From contig CAVUOA010000011.1 of NCBI GenBank assembly GCA_963742955.1, forward strand, positions 3 through 64,002: DNA of 64,000 nucleotides, given 5' to 3'. This document shows positions 40,855 to 52,081 of this stretch, one piece after another. This DNA comes from Ignavibacteriota bacterium. Lineage in GTDB: Bacteria > Bacteroidota > Ignavibacteria > Tepidaquicellales > OLB5. Position 1 is the first letter of the stretch. Every line of letters starts with the position of its first letter. The translations under genes were made by a program, and so were the position numbers. The notes beneath the pieces were generated by a model. It had not been told where the DNA came from. It did not search any database and worked only from the letters and a program-made list of their open reading frames with translations.

Positions 40855-42075
40855 CTAAAGCTCAACAATATCCTGCTCATTCAGCATGAACAGGAACAAC
40901 AACAGATAATCTCTAACGTGCCTTGTTATCAGGAAGTTTTCTTTTATATGGCTTTTACCGTTAATTCCCAACTCACGGGCAAACCTGGGTTCATTTAACA
41001 ATTGCTTCAGGTAATACGCTGTTCCGTCAATAGAATAACTTAATAATCCTGAATACTGGTGTTTAATCTGCAATGGTATGCCTCCAACTGCGCCCGCAAT
41101 AACAGGCTTTGATTTCCACAGCGCTTCGGCAACTGTCAATCCGAATCCTTCCTTAAGCGACTTCTGCAGAATTATTGTTGATGCTCTTTGAATTGCATTA
41201 ATTTCAATATCACTCGATGGCGGCAGGAACAAAATATGAATATCATCATCACCTTCTGCAGCCTCACGGACCTCATTTAAGACTTTCATGCCCTCAGGGT
41301 CATCTGTCGCGCCGCCCCCGGCTAACACAAGCTGGCAATCCGTATATTTTTTAACTTTTTTATAAACCTTCACAACACCGATAGGGTCTTTTAGATAATC
41401 GAACCTTGAAATTTGAGTTACAATAGGACGCGACATATCAAGTCCGTACCCCGATACAATAGAATTAATAGTTTCCTCCGGCAGGTCTTTGTTTTTATCT
41501 GAAAGAGGGTCTATGGAGGGTGAAATAAGAACCTGCGGAACAGTAAACCGCCTCGAAAAAGCCGGCGCTGAGAATACAGATGCGTCATAGTGTTCAATAT
41601 ATTGTGTTAAGAAATCCATGACATCCTTTTGCGGATTTGTAAAATCGATATGGCATCTCCAGGCCCATTTATTTTTATACTGCCTTCTTTTTTCAACCAA
41701 TGCAACAGGCTGCGGGTCATGTATGAATACCATATCCGCATCGAGGTTCATCCTCTTTGCATTATCACTATTGACCTGCAGAAAATAATCAAAGTCATCT
41801 TTTGAAAAATTTACTTCAACACCATGAAGAGCATTATGCATCCGTTTTGTTATATCAAAATATTTTTCGTCCCCTTTAATCACATCCCATTTTGCATTAA
41901 CTCCAAGCTGGTCAAGCAATGGTAACATTCTGGTTAATATTTCCGCAACACCGCCCCCCGATTTTGTTGAATTAACATGCTGCATTACCCTGCCGTTGAG
42001 CTTGCGGGCAATCATTCTTATTTCATCAATAATATTAGACCCGACTATTGGAATATAATCTTCAATTTTTACCAT
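40855..42075 (-). CDS. treT: Trehalose glycosyltransferring synthase TreT-like GT4 glycosyltransferase
   Basis: Intact 406-aa ORF. HVNSTKSGGGVAEIL, HDPQPVAL, WAWRCHID, SPSIDPLSDKN, VTQISRFD, DDPEG, EGFGLTVAEALWKSKPVIAGAVGGIPLQI. These blocks match what I recall of archaeal TreT. Confidence 0.8.
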   Translation of the reverse strand: MVKIEDYIPIVGSNIIDEIRMIARKLNGRVMQHVNSTKSGGGVAEILTRMLPLLDQLGVNAKWDVIKGDEKYFDITKRMHNALHGVEVNFSKDDFDYFLQVNSDNAKRMNLDADMVFIHDPQPVALVEKRRQYKNKWAWRCHIDFTNPQKDVMDFLTQYIEHYDASVFSAPAFSRRFTVPQVLISPSIDPLSDKNKDLPEETINSIVSGYGLDMSRPIVTQISRFDYLKDPIGVVKVYKKVKKYTDCQLVLAGGGATDDPEGMKVLNEVREAAEGDDDIHILFLPPSSDIEINAIQRASTIILQKSLKEGFGLTVAEALWKSKPVIAGAVGGIPLQIKHQYSGLLSYSIDGTAYYLKQLLNEPRFARELGINGKSHIKENFLITRHVRDYLLLFLFMLNEQDIVEL

Positions 42076-42706
42076 ACTGCTTTACCATTTCTAAGATTTT
42101 TTTTCTGTATTCCTCAAGTGTCATAGTGTAAGGGTCAAGATTAGATACCCTTTCCGAGAGCTCCGTTTTACCGATTTCTTCAAACCACTGAGCAAAATCA
42201 TTTTTCGGCTTTCCTCTTCTCAGCTTCGGCTCAAAGACGTGGTAGTAGAAAACATATACTGATACTTCACTGAGCAGCTTTTCAAATTCTTTAAGGTCTT
42301 TTGCCTTAAATGGAACGGGCAATGAAAAAGTTTTGCAGGACATGAACTGAAATTCATACCCGGGAGCACAGTTAAACGAAAATTCATCTCTGTGGTTAAA
42401 ACTTTCGAACGAATTAATTAACTTTAGCCTTAGCTGGTCAAGGTCTGTGCATTCAACTATATTGATACTTGAAACAAGCTCACCCAGCTGGCGCATATTA
42501 AGCACATTTCTCAGCCAGTAGGCAAAATCGTTTGGCAGTTCAGGAATTAAAAAATGATGCTGTTTCAAAAAACGGTGCGTATGGTAGTAAATGGATGCGC
42601 CGGGCACCTGTTTAATTCCATCCACAAGTTCATTTATGTTCTTTGCTTTTTTGCCAAGAAGAATAGGCAGATTAAATTCGGAATAGAATTGAAATTCTTT
42701 ACTCAT
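42062..42706 (-). CDS. Hypothetical protein embedded in the trehalose operon (overlaps both neighbours)
   Basis: Intact 214-aa ORF. Its start overlaps the stop of the TPS/TPP gene by 8 nt, and its stop overlaps the treT start by 14 nt. No catalytic motif recognised. Confidence 0.6.
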   Translation of the reverse strand: MSKEFQFYSEFNLPILLGKKAKNINELVDGIKQVPGASIYYHTHRFLKQHHFLIPELPNDFAYWLRNVLNMRQLGELVSSINIVECTDLDQLRLKLINSFESFNHRDEFSFNCAPGYEFQFMSCKTFSLPVPFKAKDLKEFEKLLSEVSVYVFYYHVFEPKLRRGKPKNDFAQWFEEIGKTELSERVSNLDPYTMTLEEYRKKILEMVKQYGKN

Positions 42707-44900
42707 GTAAAAGAGCCCCCAGAAGCTTTCTTACTTCTATATAATTTTGAAGATTGTATTTTGCGTAAGAGGTTTTCATGCCGACTTTTATAGTGTAAGC
42801 ATAACCGGGAAGAGATTTAAACATATCTTCATCGGTTACATCATCGCCAATGGCGAGAACAAAATCGTATTGTTTTGAATCAAGCAGGTGGCTGGCAAGG
42901 GTTCCCTTATTAATGCCCGTGTTCCTGATTTCAATTACTTTGCTTCCCTGTATGATTTGCACATCCATATTAGACGTTAGGTTCATAAGGTCATCAAGAA
43001 GTTCCCTTGAAATATATGAAGCCTGGTCAGGGTCTGCCTTTCTGTAATGCCACACCATTGAATAATCTTTTTCTTCAAGCAGAGAACCGGGAAGAAGGTC
43101 CAGATAATTCTGCAAGACGGTTTTCAGATACGGTTTCCAGTTTTGGTCCAGCTTTCTGATGGTTTCCCACATACCGTCCGGATGCCTTATCCATACTCCG
43201 TGTTCGGCGATGAGCGTTGCCTTCAGCTTGCCCAGCCAGTTTTCGAGTGTTCCTTTATCTCTTCCGCTGATAATTGCTAAGTCAACCCCGTTGCATTTTG
43301 ATAAACCCGAAAGTAAATCAAGCAATTCCTGGGCAGGTTTAGCTTCTTCAGGTCTTCCTGCAAACGGCACAAGTGTTCCGTCATAATCCAGCAGCAGCAG
43401 CTTATTAGCAGAATTGTAAAATTTATGTTCCAGTTCTGCTTTGTGCTTACTATCAAGCAGTTTCGCGTTAAGCTCATTCTGAATCTTTTTAATTTCACCC
43501 AGTTCATTAAGGAAGTCACCAGCCCATTTAACCACATTATATCTTCTGAGCCGGTCTCTCATAATTCGGTTTCTTCTTACCTGCTCGTCAAATGGCATTT
43601 CAAGCGCTTCTTTTATTGCATCTGCAATTTCACCAGGATTGTTGGGATTAATTATAATAGCCTCATTAAGTTCTTTATAGGCTCCCGCCATTTCGCTTAA
43701 TATTAAAACACCCGTATCATCAGTTCTGCATGCCAGATATTCCTTAGAATAAGATTCATCCCATCTCTCAGGGGCGTTACAAGTGATACATCGCATTCTT
43801 TGTATAATCCTGAAAGAGGACGGAAAGGAACAAAACGGTATTGATATATTACAGGTGTCCAGTGAATTGTACCGAAAGTTCCGTTAAGGTTTCCAACTTT
43901 TTCATCAATTTCCCTTTTCATCTGGTTATACCTGTCAACACCAACCCTCGATGGAACCACAATCATTAATAAATGAACTTTTTCATGCCATTCGGGATAT
44001 TTTTCAAGAAATTCATAATAACCTTTTAGCCGGTTTATAATACCTTTAGTGTAGTCTAACCTGTCAATAGATAGAATTAGATGTGAATTCTTAAATTGCT
44101 CTTTAAGAGTATTAACTTCATTGATTGATTCCTCTGTTTTTAAAGCATCAAGAAACTCATCAAAGTTGATACCCATTGGGAATGTATCGGCTTTCATCAC
44201 CCTGTCCGGCGTAGAAACCACACCGAGATTATTTTCATGACCCAGTATTCTCATAATACAACCGAGAAAATATTTAGTATAGTCATAAGTATGAAACCCG
44301 CACGAGGTCTGCTCCCATTAAACCCTCTAAAATTTCCCGTCTCCACTCCCCGGGCAGTGTTCTGAATATTTCGTATGATGGAAAAGGTATATGAAGAAAA
44401 AATCCTATTTTTGAATGAGGAAGTTTTTTCTTCAGCATACCCGGAAGAAGCATTAAATGGTAATCGTGTATCCAAATTATATCATCGGGCTTTGCCACGC
44501 TTAAAACCTGTTCACAGAATAATTCATTTACAAGCTTGTAATTTCTCCAATATTCCTCGTCATAAACTGTATATGTTGTAAAATAGTGAAACAAAGGCCA
44601 GATTGTTTTATTGCAGAAGCCGTAATAAAACCTGTCCATAACTTTTTCGGAAAGAAAAACGGGAGAGAGATTCATTGACTCAGCTTTTTTCTTCAGTTCT
44701 TCCCTTTTATTCCCCGACGCGGAAATACCGGGCCAGCCCACCCAAATAAATTCCGATTTATCCAATGAGGACTCTTTTATAGTAGATAAATAAGAACTAA
44801 GACCGGTTACAAGCCCGCCAACGCTTTCTTTTACTGTAAATTCACCGTTTTCTTCTGTAACTGTTATAGGTAATCTATTTGAAACGACTATTAAACGCAT
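42699..44900 (-). CDS. otsA: Fused trehalose-6-phosphate synthase/phosphatase (GT20 OtsA + HAD OtsB domains); two frameshifts (about 44270 and about 43750)
   Basis: MRLIVVSNRLPITV...IWIHDYHLMLLP (44283-44900). LSIDRLDYTKGI...VGVDRYNQMKREIDE (43703-44254). LLDYDGTLVPF...AIGDDVTDEDMF TPP domain (42699-43796). Confidence 0.9.
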
Positions 44901-44994
44901 TAATCTCCTGGTAGGTTATATATATATATTATAATAGAAAATAAGAAGTTAAGGTTTCCTTCAACTCCAAAAAATTTTCCGGAAGAAATATTAA

Positions 44995-46260
44995 TTATTT
45001 TAGTATTTCAGCCGCGCAAAGCAGCCCGTGTCCGCATCCGACACCCTCGGAATAAGACATTTCAATATTTCTGAGTATAACACCTACCTGGGGTCCCATT
45101 ATGCTTGCCCAGAAATCGACGGCAGGAAAACGGTCTGCATTGCGGAATAGCCATGTGATGAATTTAAGCTCATCGCTCATCAGTTCAATATCTGTATTTT
45201 CAATAAAACTTTTTACTTTAACATCATCTTTTATATTAAGCGCTTCAAGAAGATAAACAAGCCTGTTCCATTGTCTCTGGTAGTCTGTAATTCGTTCCCA
45301 AACTTTGGGATCGATGTTTTTATAATCTTCGAGATGAGATAAATCTAATTTAAGCTGCGATATATCTGCCCTGAAACCCTGGTCAAGCAAACGGTTAACC
45401 TGGTATCTGAGCGGGAAAGGTTTTGTGCTCAACAAACCCGTATCCATATGCCTGCCGACAAAAATGCACCTGTCAAGAAAATATAATTTCCCTATTTCTG
45501 CGCCCGCAGCTTTAGCGGCTGCTTTTAATCTTTTTTTAAGTTCCTCAACAGTCCAGAAACAAACATTAAACCAATCGATTTTTTTTCTTTCTGATTGTTC
45601 AGGCATATAATATGCCATTGTAAACGGCAGCATTTGTTTTTCTTCAGCCCAGTATTTTGGCCACGAAGGACAATATTTACCCTGCAAATCTGCTACAAAA
45701 AAAGAACCTTTTTTGGCGTGACGGAAAATATGCTCAAGCAGCTTTTCGAAACTTTCCGGTTCAAGATGTGATAAAGAACTGTAAAATGCAGCATACAGGT
45801 CAAACGGTTTTTCCTGAAGCACAAAGGCAGGAAGCCCCTCTCCAACCTCACCGTATTCCAAAGAAACATTGTTTTTTTTTCTGAACCGCCTTCTCCCTTT
45901 GGATATAAGCTGCTGACTCATATCTATACCAAGATATTTTTCAACCTCACTTTCTTCCAGAAGAAAATGCCTGTTGCCGGTTGAAATTGGATTTTGAGGC
46001 GGAATATGTGTAAGCAGTTCATAACCTTCGCCGACCGCTCAGAAATCAAGAATCCTTATTCCCTTTTTTTCAGAAAGAACTTTTTCAATAAAAGGTGTGC
46101 ACACTCTTTTAACAAAAATATCCTCCCAGAATTTACGTACATTATCTTTAATTCCGGTAAGTCCGCCTTCTTCAGTACCATAATATCCCATTGCAGAAGC
46201 GGCTTCGTAAAACTCGGTTCTGTTTGGTTTCCACTTATTCATAGTCATTCCTCCCCTCAA
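44995..46260 (-). CDS. Class I SAM-methyltransferase-like protein (about 421 aa) interrupted by one in-frame TGA (46039-46041)
   Basis: ORFs 46039-46260 and 44995-45921 are in the same frame, and the 39 codons between them are open. The junction reads IRILDF-TGA-AVGEGYELL, i.e. at SAM-binding motif I. Confidence 0.6.
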
Positions 46261-46404
46261 AATTGGTTCAAATAAATTAATTAACTGTTAATAAACAGAT
46301 AATCTATTTATTACTGTGAAAAAATTATAATGATTGACGACTTGAACAAAATATTGCTTTATATTTATGATTACAATGAATTTATTCGGTAGGTATTAAC
46401 GATA

Positions 46405-46440
46405 TGCGGAAAAAGGAAAAAACCGGGTACTTATATTCCC
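46405..46440 (-). terminator. Rho-independent terminator after the Cys-cluster gene
   Basis: Minus strand: ACCGGG-AATATAAGTA-CCCGGT, followed by TTTTTTCCTTTTT. Confidence 0.6.
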
Positions 46441-46442
46441 GG

Positions 46443-47058
46443 TCAAAAGTAAGCAGATTTTTTCTCAGGATTTGTGAAGCGGGGCTCAATTTCATCAAGT
46501 TCAAGCACTAACCCATCACCGAAATAATATTTCAGTTCTTCGCGTGCCCCCTGATATGGTGTAGGTCCGGCACCAAGACATGCTGTCGTTTTCTCGTCAA
46601 TTTCTTCGGGAGTCATAAGTACACCGTCATTATATGTAACCGGGAAAATAGTGCAAAAGAATGGCTTGAACTCGTGATAATCGTATCCTTTCTCAAGGGC
46701 AAAGCTGTGCAGAAGACATCCTCTTCCCTTTGTATTCAGAAAAACACAGGCATCTTTTCTTTTTTGTTGTTCTTGTATAATCATGACCGGGATACTCATA
46801 ATCCCATTTTCTTTTTTTCGGATAAAACCATTTTTCTCTCTTGATATGCGAAAATTCTTCAAGTTCATCGGCTTTATTCATAATTCTTTTCACATTCAGC
46901 ATATCAACATCGGCACCGTAGAACAGCACTGGTCATTACAAAATGTACACTGCATGCAGTGCATGAAATATGTTATATGAAAAATATCAGTATCGACAGA
47001 ATGTATAACCGGAAGACCGTGTATACAGGGGTAGGAAGTTCTTTAGTTTAATTACCAT
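46443..47058 (-). pseudogene. Cysteine-cluster protein (YkgJ/UPF0153-like CxxCxxCC type), at least 3 frame breaks
   Basis: MVIKLKNFLPLY.. / ..FMHCMQCTFCNDQCCS / GADVDMLNVKRIMNKADELEEF.. / ..DACVFLNTKGRGCLLHSFALEKG...FFCTIFPV (46443-46868). Confidence 0.5.
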
Positions 47059-47123
47059 ATAGTGGAATTTAATTCAACATAATATTTACGGGAGCAAATA
47101 TAATAAACAAAAACAAATAATCC

Positions 47124-47581
47124 TCATGCCTGTTTAAGGTCTGATGTGCAGTTCGGGCATTTGACAGCATCAATATGAACAGATGACTTGCAGTAAGGAC
47201 ATACTTTTGTTGACGGTGCAGCAACTGGTTCTTTTTCCGGCTTACGCTTTAAATTGTTGACTTGTTTTACCAGTATAAACACTGCAAATGCAACAATAAG
47301 GAAATTTATCAGAGTATTCTAACAAATAGCCCGTAGTTTAAATTGGCCGCTTCACCTGCTTTGGCCTCAGCAAGTGTCTGAAAATTTCATCCGGTTAGTG
47401 TGATAAGAAAAAGGTTGGAAAAATCAACTCTGCCTAACAACAGACCGATAGTGGGCATTATGATATCATTAACCAGCAAATTAACGACACGGAGAAAGCC
47501 ACACCAATGATTATACCTATAGTCCAGGTCAATCATATTTCCTTTAGCTGCAAATTCTTTAAATTCTTTGAACACTTTCAT
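47124..47581 (-). pseudogene. mscL: Large-conductance mechanosensitive channel MscL with a C-terminal CxxC...CxxC extension; at least 2 frame breaks
   Basis: MKVFKEFKEFAAKGNMIDL...VNDIIMPTIGLLLGRVDFSNLF (47387-47581). Shifted continuation ..LAEAKAGEAANLNYGLF..INFLIVAFAVFILVKQVNNLKRKPEKEPVAAPSTKVCPYCKSSVHIDAVKCPNCTSDLKQA*. Confidence 0.85.
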
Positions 47582-47643
47582 GATGTTTTCTCTTTTTAAT
47601 TTTAATTTTTAATAATATCCGAGTCTTATCATTCTGAATCCGT

Positions 47644-48679
47644 TTATTGTTTCACGCCGTTACTTTTTAAAACGGTTGCCACCGGAATGCTATTGAGCTC
47701 CGAAGGCACCCAACAGCGCTTCCCGACAAGTAAAAGTGCAATTATTGTAATAGGATTCATATTCAGCGCTTTTTGCGAATATATAGGCTGTGCAATAGAG
47801 TTATCCAGCATATAAATTAAAGCAAACATGATAACAATAGGAATAACCATGTGAAAATCACCGAACTGTATAATTGAAATAAGTATAGCAGGAATACCGC
47901 CTATACTATTGGTCCCGCATATCGAACGATGACCTATGCCGGCAACTATACCTATCAAAGCCGCATTGTTTATTTTAAGAGTATATATTGATAGTCCCAT
48001 TAGAGTAAGAGCGCCTACAAATATTGCATCGAAGAGCCGTTATCCTCTCACATAACTGCTCAGCTGTTCTTCAATTTATCAAGAATATTTACAGTCATCT
48101 CAAAGTAGCAGTTTAGCACCAATGCTAATGAATCCGATTTTAATCGACATCACTGTCACGCAGAATAAAGAACGTTACGAAAGGTATAAGGAAAGCTAAA
48201 AATGCAGTTGAAATCACGCCTGTTACAAAATCCTGCACTTTTGTTAATGAGCCCTCACAAATCTGTTTCTATCTCTTTTGCAACATCTCCTCTCTTAAGA
48301 AACCGGACATTTTCCACCCATTTTTCAGCATCTTTTATTTTATCCGAGAGCTCAAATTCCTTCACCGATTGTTAAGCGATACAGCCTGCTCTATTACTTC
48401 CGGACTGAATACCGTAACCGCAACATATAATAACCCACCGATTATGGCATAAATATACCTTAAAATTGAAAGAGTGCGGTTTAATCCAAGTCTTTGCAAA
48501 TAATCAACAACGGGAATTAATTCTTCAAAGCAATAAGCAGGCAAATAATGAGAGTCACGAAAATATTTGTAAATAAAGCAGCAAAAACCGTAATAATGAG
48601 AATAGGTATAAGCAGAATGAATACTTTTGCAGTACCGCTTAGTGGTTTTTCCGTTTTTCTGTCGAATTGCGGCTTTCAT
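47644..48679 (-). pseudogene. AI-2E family transporter (PerM/UPF0118), heavily fragmented
   Basis: C-terminal piece 47644-48000 (..IGIVAGIG...GGIPAILISIIQFGD...NPITIIALLLVG..). N-terminal piece 48362-48679 (..LIPVVDYLQRLGLNRTLSILRYIYAIIGGLL..). The middle is readable only in shifted frames. Confidence 0.65.
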
Positions 48680-48703
48680 TTCCTGAATTTTATGTTTAAT
48701 AAT

Positions 48704-49300
48704 TCATTTATTTAAATCAAAATCGAAGCCTTTTCTAGCAAGATGATTCGAACATTTTTTTTCTTTGTTTGTATTCATCAATTCCCTTAGCTTAATTTTG
48801 TATTTTTCAAATACATCCGATATAAGCTTTATTTCGTTTTATTTCTGTATACAGTTCATCTAGAACTTTTTCAGATATTTCTTTCGATATACCTTTTGAT
48901 AAAGCTTCTGCTTAATTACGCTTTTGCCTGCGGGATTTCCCTGTTTTACTTTGAACAAGAAGACGTGCGAATTCTTCATCGTTCAGCAATCCGAGTTTTT
49001 CAAGATGAGCAAGAGTTTTATCTATTGAGCTCTGCGATATTTTTTTCTCTTTTAGCTTATCGTTAATTTCTTTTCTGCTCCTGATACGGTACGATAAAGA
49101 ATTGAGAGCAGTTTTTTTCGTATTGATATTCGTCAAAGCGTTTTATTTCATCAATAGATGCCTGCGTAATTTCATCATTTGTTCTTAGACCGAAAGTTTA
49201 AAAACGTCTTCGCTGATTCCGCAGGCAAACTCACCGTCAACATAAAGACTCCAGCGTTTGCTGTCTTCTTCTGCTTTTCGATTTTTGTTATAACCAATAT
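48704..49300 (-). pseudogene. recX: RecX regulatory protein, fragmented
   Basis: ..ITKIEKQKK..RWSLYVDGEFACGISEDVF.. / ALNSLSYRIRSRKEINDKLKEKKISQSSIDKTLAHLEKLGLLNDEEFARLLV (48912-49136) / ..NHLARKGFDFDLNK*. Confidence 0.7.
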
Positions 49301-49398
49301 GCAAATATATCTATAATAAATTTATGTGTAAATATATAATTAACAAATAAAAGAAGGATATTTAAAAGAGTATCCTTTGCTTACACCGAAGCTCTGGT

Positions 49399-50660
49399 TT
49401 ACTTAATCTGAACAGTTTTACGCGTTGGGAGAAGCTTTCAGCCAAAAGCCTATAAAAATACACTTCCGCTGGAATTATAATTTCAGGCATCCCAATCTGT
49501 ATAATTTGTTCCAGGAGCTAAACCCATTCAAAAGCAGCAACCTCTTTGCCGAGAGCATCATAGATTACCAGCCGTACGTTAAATGCATGCCTTTGACCTG
49601 CATTAGGAATTTCGAATTTTATATTCGTTACCGGATTAAATGGGTTTGGATAGTTTTGAAATAAAAAATAAGATTCAGGGACATTTTCTCCTAATTTCCT
49701 AACACCAATTGTTGTATAGTGAGTCCTGTAAATATTTCCGCCTTCCTGACCTGCAAAAACATAACCCTGTGAATTTACACCGTAAGAGATTAAAATTTCG
49801 CTGTCCAACTCCAGACCGCTTGACTTGATGTCCCAGTTTTCGCCTCTATCGGTAGAAACCCATACACTGCGGTATCTGCCGAGGAAAACGTGTCCCAATG
49901 AATTAGTTAAAAGTCCATAGGTTGAGAACATACCAAAACCGTAGGTATATCCCAGTTATCACCACTGTCGTATAAAAACGGTAAATCATGCTGACCAATA
50001 GAACTATCAGTAATTAGATTTCCTGTTGCAGCATAAATTATTCCTGAAGTGTTTACAGTAACCGAATTAAAGTTGTGTTCCGAACTGAATACCTGAACCC
50101 AGTTATTACCGTTATCTTTAGAGCGGAAGATAGCTTTTTCCGGCTCCCCGCTTCCTGCGTATATAAAATCAAATCTGTCAACAGCTATTGAATATATATC
50201 AAGTGAAGGTGCGGTATTTGTCCATGTAATGCCTTCATTTGTTGAGAGGTAAATACCGTTTCCGGATGTTCCGGCGAAAAATATACCCTGATGAATTTAC
50301 CGCAATAGACCTGACTTTTACATTTACATTCAATCCGGTATGTACCCAAGCTGTTACCTGCGTTTGATGAATAAAATACACCGTGCGAAGCGGAGCCGGC
50401 AAAAATAAAACCTGAATTACTGATTGTTAATGAATATATATTTAAATCAGTCAAGCCGTTATTCTTCTGAATCCATGTATTTCCTAAATCTGTTGACATA
50501 TAAACACCGGAAACCAGTGTTCCGGCAGCATAACATCATTTGCAGTAAATGTAAACGATGACACAGAAGAACCTAAATGAAAATCAATGTGCCAGTAATT
50601 TTCAGCCTTTATGAAATTTACTGAAAATAATAATATGAAAAATATTATTGACTTTTTCAT
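49399..50660 (-). pseudogene. Secreted BNR/Asp-box repeat protein with a T9SS C-terminal sorting domain, at least 4 frame breaks
   Basis: Signal peptide MKKSIIFFILLFSVNFIKA. Asp-boxes STDLGNTW and STDRGENW. CTD QNYPNPFNPVTNIKFEI...VYFYRL...RKTVQIK* continues in shifted frames. Confidence 0.7.
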
Positions 50661-50991
50661 TGAACCTCCCTTATATTTCGTAAACTATATTAATTTAAGA
50701 TTGGGCAATTATTTTTTTATAAATATATAATTTCAAATACATTCATTAAGAAAAACATTACATGAACCGGTATAACATCATAAATACCGGGAATAGAAAA
50801 GATGATTTGGTAAGTCTTGCAGTAATTTTCATTGTGCTAAAACCTTAGTTTTAGTTAATCTTCTTTTTCCAGACAGTAAGCGACAGAACCAGAAAAATAT
50901 AATATGGTTTTTGTGAGAAAACAATGAAAAAAGGGCACACAATTGTGCACCCTAAGAATCGGATTATTTAGAAATTTATGATTTCGACTTT

Positions 50992-52042
50992 TTATCGGAG
51001 CTTTTTTCTTTCGGTTTCAGATTCGGGCTCTTCGGTAATTTCTGTACGGGGCTCTATTCCCATTGCTGCTCCGACTTCATTATTCAGCTTTGCAGCCAGC
51101 TTTTAGGATTTTCAGTAAGTAAAGTCTTAACCCCGTCTCTGCCCTGCATGCGCTGTCCCTGATTATAAGAACCATGTCTCCGGCCTTTTGGATTATATTA
51201 ATATTTACAGCCGTATCTATTAAATCGCCGAGCTTTGAAATACCCTCATTGTATATTATATCAAATTCGACTTCTTTGAACGGCGGCGCACATTTGTTTT
51301 TAACGACTTTGACTTTTGTCCTGTTTCCGATAACGTTGGTACCGTCTTTAATAGCAGCAATTCTTCTTATATCAAGCCTTACTGAAGCATAAAATTTAAG
51401 CGCTTTACCGCCCGTCGTTGTATCCGGGTTACCGAACATAACACCTATTTTTTCTCTCAGCTGGTTTGTAAAGATTAATGAAAGATTTGGATTTTGATAC
51501 GGCAGCGGTAGTTTCCTTAAAGCCTGTGACATAAAGACGCGCCTGCAAGCCCATGTGTCGAATCACCCATTTCTCCTTCAATTTCAGCTCTGGGAGTAAG
51601 TGCCGCAACCGAGTCTATCGATAGCATCGAGCGCATTGCTTCTAACAAGAGTTTCCGCAATTTCAAGAGCCTGCTCACCGTACTCAGGCTGCGAGACTAA
51701 AAGATTTTCGACATCTACGCCTAGCCTTTTAGCGTATCCGGTATCAAGAGCGTGTTCGGTATCTATAAAAGCCGCAAGACCGCCGTTTTTTTGGGCTTCA
51801 GCAATAACATGAAGGCAAACCGTTGTTTTACCAGAAGACTCCGGACCGTATATTTCAATTATTCTGCCGCGGGGGATTCCGCCAACTCCAAGGGCAGCAT
51901 CAAGAGAAATAGAACCCGTAGGGATTGCATCTATCTTTTGGATAACTCCGTCACCCAGTTTCATGATAGAACCTTTGCCGTGTGATTTTTCAATCTGGTC
52001 TATTGCAATCTGTAATGACCTCAATTTCTGTTCATCAGCCAT
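50992..52042 (-). pseudogene. recA: Recombinase RecA, at least 3 frame breaks as assembled (most likely assembly error)
   Basis: GSIMKLGD...[13 protein letters not shown] (Walker A)...[10 protein letters not shown] (51584-52042). MSQALRKL...[25 protein letters not shown] (51080-51532). C-terminal tail ..[17 protein letters not shown] in another frame. Confidence 0.9.
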
Positions 52043-52081
52043 TATTACAACCTTTCCGTTTTATATTTTAAATTGATAATT

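Noticed and set aside
46039-46041. Genome-wide TGA reassignment (for example TGA=Gly) or selenocysteine, as an explanation for broken genes.
   Set aside because: All other disruptions I checked are frame changes, not in-frame stops. TGA also terminates ORFs at expected gene ends, for example the aminotransferase at 40282-40284 and queG at 6828-6830. No SECIS-like hairpin follows the TGA. The single in-frame TGA is kept as a finding, but recoding is considered unlikely.
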